Origin: Eledone cirrhosa
Lineage: Eukaryota
Direction: 5' to 3'
DNA length: 64,000 bases
Assembly (NCBI GenBank): GCA_964016885.1
Contig: OZ024741.1
Location: 397,482,001 to 397,546,000, forward strand
Shown here: positions 26,444-37,889 of the stretch, in pieces
Position numbering within the stretch: the stretch's first letter is position 1
How the letters are laid out: each line of letters opens with the position of its first letter
Notes under the pieces: model-generated
Told to the model about the DNA's origin: nothing
Database searches by the model: none
What the model saw: the letters and a program-made list of their open reading frames with translations, nothing else
Program-made: the position numbers and the translations under genes

Positions 26444-28308
26444 TATACATACACACCCATACATACGTATACATATACACACATATACATACACATACAC
26501 ATACATTCACCCACATACACACACACGTATAAATAAGTATGTAAAAAACCTAGATATAAAAAAACATAGATATAAAAACACACATACACACACATATATA
26601 TACGTACGCACGCACGCACACATACGGAGGCGTTCGTATACATATACAGAACGTATACACACATATGCACACTCACACGCATAGATAAAAATTATAAACC
26701 AGCCGTATGAATAAATGAGTACAAATATAAAATCGGCTGCGAAACAACAGAATATATCTGGAGTGGAAAACGCAAGTGACAGTGTTATTAGGTAGTGAAA
26801 GAAAATGGGAAAGTAAAATGTGGAATGTGAAGATATTAGGTAAGTGAATCGAAAAGTAGGGGGGAGGGTTTGCTGGTGGATGTGAAGTAAAAATAAAAAT
26901 AAAGTTAAAAATAAAGTTAAAAATGAAAGTAAATCAAAAAGAGAAGTCTGTAAAGAGGATAATTTAAGGAAAGTGAAGAACAAGAGTTTATGGAGGATAA
27001 GTATCTGAAAGTGAGTTAAGTTTATATGAGCTGGAAAGCAAGTGTGATTTCATGTGTGGGCAACTGGGTGAACATTTCTGTTTTTGTATTTAATCAGGTT
27101 TTTGGTGATTTAAGGTTCTGTAAAATCCAATATTTTTCACTTATGCAGAGTGTGCATCTTCTTGTTCTTCTTGCATATTCTTTAGATTGGTTCAAAATTG
27201 ACCAATCCAATTTATATTGGATACCTTGGTCTTTCAAATCACATATTATGCTAGCCAGAGCTGTTGTGAATTTTTTTTCTGGATGTCGGAAAGATGCGAC
27301 ATGTGAGTAATAACGCGTTTTGAATTTGTCTTGTGTCATACCCACATATCGTTCGCTGGTGGCTGGTAGGTTGTTGCTGATGGTTGTCACTTTAGCCGCA
27401 TATACAATGGCTTTGGTGTTGCATTTACCTTGTAATGGGCATTCACTTTTGACTCTACAGGAGCAATTTTGATGTTCTCTGGGTGATTTCTTATTGATGA
27501 TATAAGATTTAATAGGGGGACTGCAGGAGTAGCTAATTTTGACACAGTTTCTATTGAAGATCTTATAGTATCTATGTGTTCTAGGGAAATGTTTATCTAA
27601 GAGCTCTAGGAATTTTTTGCCTACATTAGTTTTAACTGCTAGAGAGTAGGGGTGTGTGAACCAGATTATTTTTCTTTTCCTATTAGTATGTTTAAAAGAG
27701 TTAGTATTGTTGGGTATGTACTTAATCGGTTCGCTAAATCCGCTATTTTGAAATGCTTTATTATAGTAGGGGGATGCCTTATTGAAAATAGCTTCTGAGG
27801 AAGAGAGGGTGGAGATCCTACGGCTAATATTAGGGATAAGGTTTTTAAAAACTATAGGAGGATGGCAAGAGCCCTTATTTATATATTTTAAATTTTCATT
27901 AGGTTTATGGTACGGTTTATAAGAAGCAGTAGGCAGATCTAGGTTTATATCTAGAAAATTAACATTGGAAAGGTTAGTGTCAATAGTAATTTTAAGATTA
28001 AAACTAGCGAAGGTTTTTATTAAGTCTTTCCTTAATCTATCTAAGTTATGGCCTATGGTGGTATGGGAAAGTATTAGACCATCGTCGCGTTAAAGCTCCC
28101 CAAAATGGGTTCTTTTGACAGTGCTGATGTTTACGATTTAGTCGGCCTATTCCTCCTACATACACTTAAAGAAAAATTCCCTAACCATATTTTTGGGCTT
28201 TATCGCAACGATGGTCTAATACTTTCCCATACCACCATAGGCCATAACTTAGATAGATTAAGGAAAGACTTAATAAAAACCTTCGCTAGTTTTAATCTTA
28301 AAATTACT
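25487..28308 (-). mobile_element. 5'-truncated YRDD-type (Naiad-like) PLE with inverted 5' piece 28093-28308
   Basis: Stop-free frame 28088-27097 (RDDGL...NVNFLD...CSCRVKSECPLQGKC...IVY...YVGMT...CTLCISEK); inverted piece encodes MGSFDSADVYDLVGL...LYRNDGL; HHR near 3' end. Confidence 0.9.
25588..25665 (-). ncRNA. Type I hammerhead ribozyme, U4C core (CCGATGA)
   Basis: aattgccttgt-CCGATGA-a-cgaatgaggacg...cgtcttattcg-g-GAAA-cc(tct)gg-TA-atgaggtaatt; 11-bp stem I including G-U pairs. Confidence 0.85.
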
Positions 28309-28403
28309 TAATATTTTCTTCATTCCGAGTTTTGTCATATCTTATTCACTGCCATGACTGAATCTTAACCATCTACTTAGTCAGGGTATGTCATGCATCA
28401 TCT

Positions 28404-28470
28404 TATTTTATCTGATGAGGACGTACTGTTGAAGATAGCTCAGTACCTCTGAAATATGTATAATAAAATA
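28404..28470 (+). ncRNA. Type I hammerhead ribozyme
   Basis: tattttat-CTGATGA-gg..gtactg...cagtac..ct-GAAA-tatgta-TA-ataaaata. Confidence 0.85.
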
Positions 28471-28626
28471 TACTTGATCACACGAATGTCTATTTTTGTT
28501 AATATTTTGAATTAATATTAATAACTCCGAAAAACCATATCTGTGGAGTGCTTCCAATCTATTGTAAAACTTTATTCTTTGATTTATTCATTGAACCTTG
28601 TTTAATCTTTATATATATATATATAT

Positions 28627-29183
28627 TGGGAGATTGTCGGTAGGGCTGCACCGTACAACTTCAAGAGGAAATGCGATCTTTGCCTCATGGAGCTCTACCA
28701 CATCATAACTGCACCCCACGAGCTCATCAACAGCAGAGCTGAAACAGCGATAAGTTGTACACATCGCTTAAAAATATCCTTCTTCAGATGGGTTAAGGAT
28801 GAGGAGTGAAACCGTACACCGGATCTCCCTGCAACAAGTCTTAACACCCCAGCGGGCAGGCGCTGCAAAATAACCAGACCCAGCCTCAGACAAACAGATG
28901 CGGCAAAAAGAAAAAAAAAAAAGAAAAAAAAAATTGTCCGGGAAAGACTGCCCTAACACCGGCCGGAGTTACCTCCCTTGACCTGCTGCAAAATCAACAC
29001 AAGCTATTTTTGCGAGTAATGAACCTTGATGTGGATTTAACCCCAAAAACTCTTTCTGAGCAATATACGGAACACTTTTCATTATTTATGCCCATGAGAA
29101 GCCCAACTGGGCGAAACGTACGTAGGTGCTGTTTTAAATAAACATGTTTTAACGGTCTATTCTCCGATTTTTTACTTTCCCAC

Positions 29184-29185
<2 letters not shown>
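28627..29185 (+). mobile_element. 3' fragment of another Naiad-like PLE, not in the ORF track
   Basis: Translates WEIVGRAAPYNFKRKCDLCLMELYHII...LINSRAE...CTHRLK, matching the C-terminus of the 819-aa ORF; bounded by (TA)n. Confidence 0.85.
29090..29129 (+). ncRNA. Hammerhead-like motif, core ATGAGAA (probably a decayed U3-A8 variant)
   Basis: cc-ATGAGAA-gccc(aact)gggc-GAAA-cgtacg-TA-gg. Confidence 0.55.
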
Positions 29186-29256
<71 letters not shown>

Positions 29257-29395
29257 AAGATTAAACAAGGTTCAATGAATAAATCAAAGAATAAAGTTTT
29301 ACAATAGATTGGAAGCACTCGACAAAGATGTTTTTCCGGAGTTATTAATATTAATTCAAAATATTAACAAAAATAGACATTCGTGTGATCAAGTA

Positions 29396-29462
29396 TATTT
29401 TATTATACATATTTCAGAGGTACTGAGCTATCTTCAACAGTACGTCCTCATCAGATAAAATA
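29396..29462 (-). ncRNA. Hammerhead ribozyme, inverted duplicate of 28404-28470
   Basis: Reverse-complement copy within arms 28287-28612 / 29252-29579. Confidence 0.85.
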
Positions 29463-29622
29463 AGATGATGCATGACATACCCTGACTAAGTAGATGGTTA
29501 AGATTCAGTCATAGCAGTGAATAAGATATGACAAAACTCGGGATGAAGAAAATATTAAGTAATTTTAAGATTAAAACTATTCCTTTTACCAATATATCAT
29601 AACTCGTGTGTTACACCTCTAT

Positions 29623-29695
<73 letters not shown>

Positions 29696-29726
29696 AAAGA
29701 ATAGAGGTGTAACACACGAGTTATGA

Positions 29727-30627
29727 TATATTGGAAAAAGGAAAAGAAAATGCTGACAAATTGTTCCCAGTGAAAATTAGTTTAATTAGGAATAAGTATT
29801 GGTTAGTATTCAGTTTTGGTTTTAAGTTTTACCGGTTGCGCATTTCTAATGCTTTTCAAAAATAATTTTGAGATAGAGCGCCCCTGATGTTTGCTCTAAT
29901 CTGATTAGTTTTGGAAATTCTACCTGTTTTATGTAAAAAAAAGTGACTCCAGATGTATGAAAAAATTCTTGTGGTCAAAACAATTTTGATTGGTCGGTAG
30001 AGGTCATGTGAATGTTAAAAATTGATTTTGCGCCAAATGTAGGTTTGTCTCGGCTGATTGAGAAGTCACTGAAAAATAAGTCTTTCAAGACAAATATGTG
30101 TGTGTGTGTAGTAGTAGTAGTAAAGAGGTTCGTTGTTGTGATAATGGTCAGCAGGGATATGTGTGCGAACCGCAGCCTGTTGACATGATAGAATGAACCA
30201 AATCCTCTTACTACTACTACTACTACTACACACACACACATATTTGTCTTGAAAGACTTATTTTTCAGTGACTTCTCAATCAGCCGAGACAAACCTACAT
30301 TTGGCGCAAAATCAATTTTTAACATTCACATGACCTCTACCGACCAATCAAAATTGTTTTGACCACAAGAATTTTTTCATACATCTGGAGCCACTTTTTT
30401 TTACATAAAACAGGTAGAATTTCCAAAACTAATCAGATTAGAGCAAACATCACGGGCGCTCTATCTCAAAATTATTTTTGAAAAGCATGAGAAATGCGCA
30501 ACCGGTAAAACTTAAAACCAAAACTGAATACTAACCAATACTATTACTAATTTTTACTTATTCCTAATTAAACTATTTTTCACTGGGAACAATTTGTCAG
30601 CATTTTCTTTTCCTTTTACCAATATAT
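29727..30627. repeat. ~400-bp inverted repeat with ~70-nt spacer
   Basis: 29727-30130 is a near-identical reverse complement of 30203-30627. Confidence 0.92.
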
Positions 30628-30642
30628 ATATATATATATATA

Positions 30643-31123
30643 TGAAAACATGGCGGGCTGCGTGGTTGCATATGAATAAATTTAGTCCTTCATCAGTGAT
30701 CTTCCAACCTTCATTGGTATTTCATCGCTTTAAAGACCTTATCGGATGGCCTTTATTTTCTCTCGTCTACAATTTCACAGAACTTATATTCATCGATTTC
30801 AGGGACTTGACTCCTTCCTTCCGTTAGACCTGTGCGAAATCCTTTCCTTACTCACATTTCGACCAGGTTTAATGGTCTTTATTCTCTCTCGTCCACGATT
30901 TCACAGAACTTATGTTCATCGATTTCAGGGACTTGACTCCTTCTTCCTCACTTTTCGTTGCATTACCATCTTTGATTGTTTACTGTCTCGCTCGTTCCCC
31001 TTATTTACGTGTCCCAACGACTTTCTTTAGCCGTTGCTCGCACCAACCGGAGGTATATGGTCTTTAAAGCGATGAAATACCAATGAAGGTTGGAAGATCT
31101 CTGATGAAGGACTAGATTTATTC

Positions 31124-31126
<3 letters not shown>
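30643..31126. mobile_element. Small element with ~68-bp inverted arms (30671-30738 / 31059-31126) in (TA)n
   Basis: Arms visible; family members at 37583-37690 and 49808-50030; internal ~130-bp tandem duplication. Confidence 0.7.
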
Positions 31127-31154
<28 letters not shown>

Positions 31155-31483
31155 CTTCTAGCCATGAGGCTTGGAGACATGAACCGAATGCTACCATTCT
31201 ATTTTATATCAATGTGAACTGCTATTTCTAATAGCCATCTTTTCACCCCTTGATAATTTGTCTGTGAGACACGTTGGCTGAGTGCCTCTGACAAGAATTA
31301 ATAGATTGATTCTTTTTAGCTTCCCGTCCCCACGTAAAATTTGTAAATCAGTGGCTAGTTGAGAGATAGAGTCCTATCGGTTGCCAGTTAATCGCTTTAC
31401 TGTGTCGGTTGTCACAAACAGACATGACCGGCACGGGCCGGTGTTTGGCTTATGTCGATCGATTGGTTATTGATTAGGCGATA

Positions 31484-31593
31484 CCCGCTGATGAAGCCGC
31501 ATAAGCCGATTGTGCATTGTTGCATAATATATGCAGACAGATGGTGCAGTGCACCTTACTGCTGCATTAGTGCTGCAGAAACTCGAGTCCGGG
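31484..31593 (+). ncRNA. Type I hammerhead ribozyme with ~83-nt stem II domain, GUC site
   Basis: cccg-CTGATGA-agccgca...tgctgca-GAAA-ctcgag-TC-cggg. Confidence 0.8.
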
Positions 31594-31738
31594 AACCTTA
31601 TAGGCACCCGTTTTACGTGTGTTGTGTTGAGGCAAATAACTATGTGTATACTCTGGTAATGTATCTTACATTGCCCATTGAGTGCGCTGAGATACAACCG
31701 GTACTGGCATTGATAAATATGCTGGGTCCGTCAACCCT

Positions 31739-31824
<86 letters not shown>

Positions 31825-32025
31825 TTAGTTATACTATTTATGGTTATGTAAATACAAAACCTTAAGCAATTGTAAGTATTTTACACACACCCTAAATAGT
31901 GGTAGGCAGTAATGTATTACTACCTTATTACCAGTAAGTTAAGTAGCTCAATGTAAAAACATCAGATGATTTACAGAGCAGTTATATGAGGTATAAGAAT
32001 CAAAGAACTGTTCAAAACATTATTG

Positions 32026-32072
32026 TGCTTACAGCTGTTTCCTCCAAACCGAGGTTTGGATTCTTCGGAGCA
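32026..32072 (-). ncRNA. pLTR hammerhead ribozyme, U4C core
   Basis: tgct-CCGAAGA-a-tccaaac(ctcg)gtttgga-g-GAAA-cagctg-TA-agca. Confidence 0.82.
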
Positions 32073-33500
32073 ATTTATTAATGCATGGACAGTTATATGA
32101 CCTCCTTTTCAGCCGAGAGACATACCAATACATATTCAAACATTGATACATATTCAAACATTGTGGGTCAACATTCATTACAGAATTTAGAGTGGCAGTA
32201 CACACTTCGAGATTACATTTATATTAATAGGTACAATCAAAAATCAAAAATATAGGTTAAAATACAACATGGAGATAAGCGGTTATATAGTGCAAATGTT
32301 ATATGTGTGGCACGCATGTGCGTCTTGTTTATATAGTGTGGCAGAGAGATATGTGTGGTAGAGGCACTTAGGTAGGTAAATAAGAGTGTTAGGTTGGTAG
32401 ATCTGGTGGCAAATTCTTTATATGATTGATATAGTCTGTGTGTGGAGAAATATTATAAGCATTAAAGATAGTGCAAGCCTTAAAAGTGTTATAAGTATTG
32501 GAGATGCACAGCGCAGGGATGTCAAGTATTTCATGTACTTCGGCATTTTCATGGTCAGGGGAGTGTATTTTTCGATTATATGCCCTTCACATAATCCACG
32601 ACAATCCAGTTAGAGATCGTAGTCTGGTGTTCTTTAGTTCGATACAGGAGGTTGTTACGTTTCGAGAGACGCCATTGAATACCGCCCGGAAGTGTGTGTG
32701 TGGCTAAGGGGAGTTAATGCATGCGGGGAGGTAACTCTGGGGTTTCTATATCTAGCCATTAAAGTGTGTCCCAATATAGACCCTAAATTCTATGGTGATG
32801 CGCATCTTCCAAGAGAAATTTTTAAAGCATATAGTGTATTAACTATAGAGTAGTTTAATTACGTTATGCTGAAGGTGATCATATTATTATGGTGGATTAA
32901 TCCATCTTAAGGTGCCACAAATGGAAATTATAGATGATGAGCGAGGATTCTAAATTAATGATCTCTGTGGTTGTAGTCTGCTCATATGACCAGGCGCGGT
33001 GATTGCAGGATTGCTTCAGGGCCCAATGATCTCTGGTAAGATCTGGGTCATCGCTTGCTACATTGGATGTCGAAAGATAATCATCCCCAGGCCGGTCAAA
33101 GGTCAATCCGCAGTCCTCGCGACCCCTCTCTGACCGTCAGATCATCCATATACGTACAACCCGCACGGCAGTTGCAATGCATTCACTCACTGCGCTCAGC
33201 AGCCCGGTCCTACTGGTCAACAGCGCTACTCGATTAAATCATTTTACATCTGTCTAAGGAAGGTGTTTCCTCTGCACTACACTATCCAACCGATCAATTC
33301 ATGCTCAAATTACCCCTAGAGCGGTGGGTGGATGTTGTCACACCTGCCGTAGGGGTATAAATGGGTCTTCTCCCTGCGAAGGGTTCCAGAGGGATGTCGT
33401 TGTTTGTGTTATAATGGATCAGTTAGTGTTGGGTATGTAGTATAAGGTGTGTCTCTGGTGTTTGATGCTAGATGTGGTGTTAGGTTCCAGTCCGACATTG

Positions 33501-35960
33501 CTATATATTGGGCTTAAAGTTTTGGAAGGAATGTCTGAGGCGGTGCTGGCAAGTTGCAAACACCTCAGATTTTTTGTTAAGTAGGTTACGGTTGGAGAAG
33601 ATAATATTGTGTGTCTCTAGTATACAGAGGTTACAGAATTTATTAGGTGGTTTGTACGAGGTCGCGCTGCCTATCACTTCCCATTTGAGTGTGTATGGTT
33701 TATTTTTAGATTTTAGATAGTGTATGTAGCTAGAAAGTGAGGTGGAGTTGGCTAGGCTGTGCTTTTTGAACGAGTGGATGTGCGAATTATATCTGATTTT
33801 GAAGCAGTTAGAAGTGGAGCCTACATAGGTTTCTGAAGAGTTATTAGTCGTGACGGTGCATGAGTATATGACATCCTTGGTTAGGCATTTTTTATCTAAA
33901 GGGCAGGTTCTATTAGCTCTACAGTTACAATTATCCTGTGCGTTAGTCCGCTGGTTATAATGCAATGCGGAAGTTTGTGTGGTAGATATAGGATTTTGGG
34001 TGTTCGGGTTGACAACCCTGGTGTTATTACTTATACTAGTGTTATTTCTATTGTTACTGCCGTTGCTATGGTTGCTTGCTACAGTGGTATTTAGAGGGTT
34101 TGCATCCCGTTGTGATTTTGTTTGTTGGAAGTAAGAACTAATTTTACTATTATTGCTGCTAGCTATGTGGTATGCTAAGTTAGGCGTCGTAGAGTATGAG
34201 ATTTTAATGGTGTTTTTGTTTAAGAGGTTGTGGTACTTGTGTCCTAGAGGGAAGTTTTTATCTAGTAGTGAGAAGAAAGCCCTAGGTATGTTGGTGGAGA
34301 CATTTAGGTTGAAAGGAGGGTTGAAACATGTATTATTTCTTCTTCTATTTTTGCTTTTAGTGTTTGGTGTGTTGCTTCCTCCTAAGGCCCCACAGTAGTT
34401 TCCATGGTAATGGTTACTTCCGGTGGCACCCTCCGCTTTGGTGTACTTGTGGTTGCTATTCCTATTATTAGATTTCCTCATGGACATGTTGTGCGAGATG
34501 ATGTTGTAGCTATGTGTTTTCTTAGGTAGGAACTCAATTTCTATATTATGGCCGGAGCTAGCTAATGCTTGATTGTAATATTGTGAGTTTTTGCTAAATA
34601 TGTTTGCGTCATAGGACAGACTAGAGATTCTATTGGACACCCCCTTAGAGATAGAGTTTAATATTGATCTAGGGTGATTAGACTTGGTATCTACGTAAAT
34701 AAGTTTCTCATTAGGCTTATGGAAAGGTGTATATATTTTTGAGTCTAGGTATAGTGTGGCATCTAGGAAGTTAACATTTTTAGTGTTTTTGTCCATGGTG
34801 ATACTAAGGTTAAAGTTTTTGAATGTCTTGTGCAGTTGTTTTCTAGTTCTTTCTATATTAAATTTTTTATATTCTATAAGTAGAAGTGCATCATCGCGGT
34901 ACAAACCACCGTTGAGGTAAGGGAGGTCCTTATGGATTTCATTGAGGAGGTATAGGCCGACCAAATCGGTGACCTGCGCCGAGTCACTAGATCCCATGGT
35001 TATGTCGAAGTTGTTGTGCGTATCCTTGCGTGTCCATAGTTGGTCCTCGAAGGTGATTATGGTTTTACGGGCCGCAAGGATGACATCAACCTGGGCTCTA
35101 GTCAGGTCGCTATTGGTCATGGCCATGATAAGTGCCTTATTTAATAGGATAGGGGAAATAGAGGTGTAGTATGAATTGATATCAAATTGAATAAATTTTT
35201 TGTTCTTATTATTCTTGATATCCTTGAACCATTCAATCACTTCACCCGTATTTCCCCATTGTTTAAGGTGTATCTTGTGTTTAATTTGTGGGATGATTTT
35301 ATCCAAAATCTTTTTGCTGATAATACCAATGTCGGACTTGGAAGGGCAGATAAGTCTTATCGAGGGGTTGCTGATGAAGTTCTCCTTATGGTCCTTCAGA
35401 GAGAATCTAGGGGGGTTCGGAGTGAAAGGTTGTGTATGCCTCTGTAGTCCTAGTTTAGACACTATATTATAACCCTCTACATTAATATCTTCTAAGTTTT
35501 TCAAGGTGGTTTTTTTGTAGCTTTTATGTAGTTCATTATATATAAACTTTCTATAAGTATTATAATCTAGGCTGTATATGTTATTAGTTTTATCTGCGTG
35601 TGCAATAATTTTATTACTAGTTTTGAATCCATTAATAGAAGTGTTAAGTTTGTTTAAGAAGGTGTTGCTTCTAATATGGTGCTTATTGTATTTAATGTTC
35701 TTAACTAGTTTAACTAGGTCATTTTCAAAGGAGTTAAGTAGAGTGTTATGAGGGGGGCTTTTAAAGGTTTTAAAGCCGAAGGAGTCAAAATTGTTAGTAT
35801 TATTCAAGTTGTTAGATTTGTTTCTATCATAATGGAATGTCCTCCATCTCACTCTATTGATAAATGAATTTACACTGTTGATCAGCAATTTCTCATATGT
35901 ATTCCTGGATGGTATAGGTATGTTCTTGGTTGACATGGGGAGTTGGTCTTTGATTAGCAT
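33501..35960 (-). CDS. Intact PLE reverse transcriptase + GIY-YIG endonuclease (819 aa)
   Basis: ADKT, FIQFDINSYY, MGSSDSAQV, GLYRDD, VNFLD, CNC...CPL..KC linker, VIY...YVGST, CNLC..E, LNKKSE...CQH; no stops. Confidence 0.95.
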   Translation of the reverse strand: MLIKDQLPMSTKNIPIPSRNTYEKLLINSVNSFINRVRWRTFHYDRNKSNNLNNTNNFDSFGFKTFKSPPHNTLLNSFENDLVKLVKNIKYNKHHIRSNTFLNKLNTSINGFKTSNKIIAHADKTNNIYSLDYNTYRKFIYNELHKSYKKTTLKNLEDINVEGYNIVSKLGLQRHTQPFTPNPPRFSLKDHKENFISNPSIRLICPSKSDIGIISKKILDKIIPQIKHKIHLKQWGNTGEVIEWFKDIKNNKNKKFIQFDINSYYTSISPILLNKALIMAMTNSDLTRAQVDVILAARKTIITFEDQLWTRKDTHNNFDITMGSSDSAQVTDLVGLYLLNEIHKDLPYLNGGLYRDDALLLIEYKKFNIERTRKQLHKTFKNFNLSITMDKNTKNVNFLDATLYLDSKIYTPFHKPNEKLIYVDTKSNHPRSILNSISKGVSNRISSLSYDANIFSKNSQYYNQALASSGHNIEIEFLPKKTHSYNIISHNMSMRKSNNRNSNHKYTKAEGATGSNHYHGNYCGALGGSNTPNTKSKNRRRNNTCFNPPFNLNVSTNIPRAFFSLLDKNFPLGHKYHNLLNKNTIKISYSTTPNLAYHIASSNNSKISSYFQQTKSQRDANPLNTTVASNHSNGSNNRNNTSISNNTRVVNPNTQNPISTTQTSALHYNQRTNAQDNCNCRANRTCPLDKKCLTKDVIYSCTVTTNNSSETYVGSTSNCFKIRYNSHIHSFKKHSLANSTSLSSYIHYLKSKNKPYTLKWEVIGSATSYKPPNKFCNLCILETHNIIFSNRNLLNKKSEVFATCQHRLRHSFQNFKPNI

Positions 35961-36860
35961 ATTGGCAATATTATATGTCAGCTCAACGATATGGAGCAGT
36001 TAATAGTATTAGTTATACTATTTATGGTTATGTAAATACAAAACCTTAAGCAGTTGTAAGTATTTTACACACACCCTAAATAGTGGTAGGCAGTAAGTTA
36101 AGTAGCTCAATGTAAAAACATCAGATGATTTACAGAGCAGTTATATGAGGTATAAGAATCATAGAACTGTTCAAAACATTGATATAGAAACCCCAGAGTT
36201 ACCTCCCCGCATGCATTAACTCCCCTTAGCCACACACACACTTCCGGGCGGTATTCAATGGCGTCTCTCGAAACGTAACAACCTCCTGTATCGAACTAAA
36301 GAACACCAGACTACGATCTCTAACTGGATTGTCGTGGATTATGTGAAGGGCATATAATCGAAAAATACACTCCCCTGACCATGAAAATGCCGAAGTACAT
36401 GAAATACTTGACATCCCTGCGCTGTGCATCTCCAATACTTATAACACTTTTAAGGCTTGCACTATCTTTAATGCTTATAATATTTCTCCACACACAGACT
36501 ATATCAATCATATAAAGAATTTGCCACCAGATCTACCAACCTAACACTCTTATTTACCTACCTAAGTGCCTCTACCACACATATCTCTCTGCCACACTAT
36601 ATAAACAAGACGCACATGCGTGCCACACATATAACATTTGCACTATATAACCGCTTATCTCCATGTTGTATTTTAACCTATATTTTTGATTTTTGATTGT
36701 ACCTATTAATATAAATGTAATCTCGAAGTGTGTACTGCCACTCTAAATTCTGTAATGAATGTTGACCCACAATGTTTGAATATGTATCAATGTTTGAATA
36801 TGTATTGGTATGTCTCTCGGCTGAAAAGGAGGTCATATAACTGTCCATGCATTAATAAAT

Positions 36861-36907
36861 TGCTCCGAAGAATCCAAACCTCGGTTTGGAGGAAACAGCT
36901 GTAAGCA
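36861..36907 (+). ncRNA. Hammerhead ribozyme in inverted pLTR
   Basis: Identical to 32026-32072 in the opposite orientation. Confidence 0.82.
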
Positions 36908-36942
36908 CAATAATGTTTTAAACAGTTCTTTGATTCTTATAC

Positions 36943-36984
<42 letters not shown>

Positions 36985-37205
36985 AATATAAATTCAACGA
37001 GAATCGCATTTCGGCGAGTAGAAAAAGCGAAGCGTAACGCAAATTCCTAGTCATGCTGGCAAGCGCTCCATGGGCTAAAGAGACCAGAACAATAAAGATA
37101 GGTTATAAAGGCCATACAAACTGAGAAGGCGGTCAAGAAGCCATTAACCATCTAAGCCAAAAAACAAGTCAAGCTAAACAAGTCAGACAAAATAAATGAC
37201 ATAAT

Positions 37206-37268
<63 letters not shown>

Positions 37269-37889
37269 CTGTTTCTAATTTTAGGCACAAGGCCAGCAAT
37301 TAACCAGTACATTACTGGTACTTTATTTTATCGACCCCGTAAGGATGAAAGGCAAAGTTAACCTCGATGGGATTTGTATATATAACAAATGTATATATAT
37401 ATATATATATATGATGATTTCTAAAGAATGAAACAGTTCTAGTCCTGTAGAATCTCATCTATATTAAAACTTTTATACTCTGCTATGTATTGAGTACCTT
37501 ACTTACTGTGGTTACCTCCGATTCAACCCGGAATAACGTATATATATATATATATATATTTGTTATATATATATATATATTAATGCGATGAAATACCAAT
37601 GATCGTTGGCAAATCACTGATGAGGGACTCATTTTATAACATGTAAATTCATGTGCCACCACGCAGTATTCTTCTCCCCATATTTTTCATATATATATAT
37701 ATATACACGCAGAGAGAGAGAAAGAGAGTGAAAGAAAAAGAAAAGAGAGAAAGAGGGGGGGGACAAGAGAACAGAGCCAGGTATTAACAACACTATAGCC
37801 CCACCCCAGCCCTAGAAATGCACTGGGGTCACCTACATACACAACTACAGGGAGACAGAATAACATTGATCTTACTGACCTGGTATACT

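Larger units (their letters stand above)
31821..36948 (-). mobile_element. Full-length Penelope-like element (likely Naiad clade) with 3' pLTR, partial direct 5' pLTR (36006-36180) and inverted pLTR (36182-36948)
   Basis: 36006-36180 repeats 31821-32020; 36182-36948 is a near-identical reverse complement of 31983-32750; (TA)n on both sides. Confidence 0.95.

Noticed and set aside
30671-31126. CTGATGA-aggac motifs (also 37618 and 49857) as hammerheads
   Set aside because: No downstream stem II partner or GAAA; the upstream GAAA does not give a valid type II fold.
32422-32707. Identical small ORFs at 32422/36320 and 32498/36226
   Set aside because: A by-product of the inverted pLTR duplication; no coding evidence.
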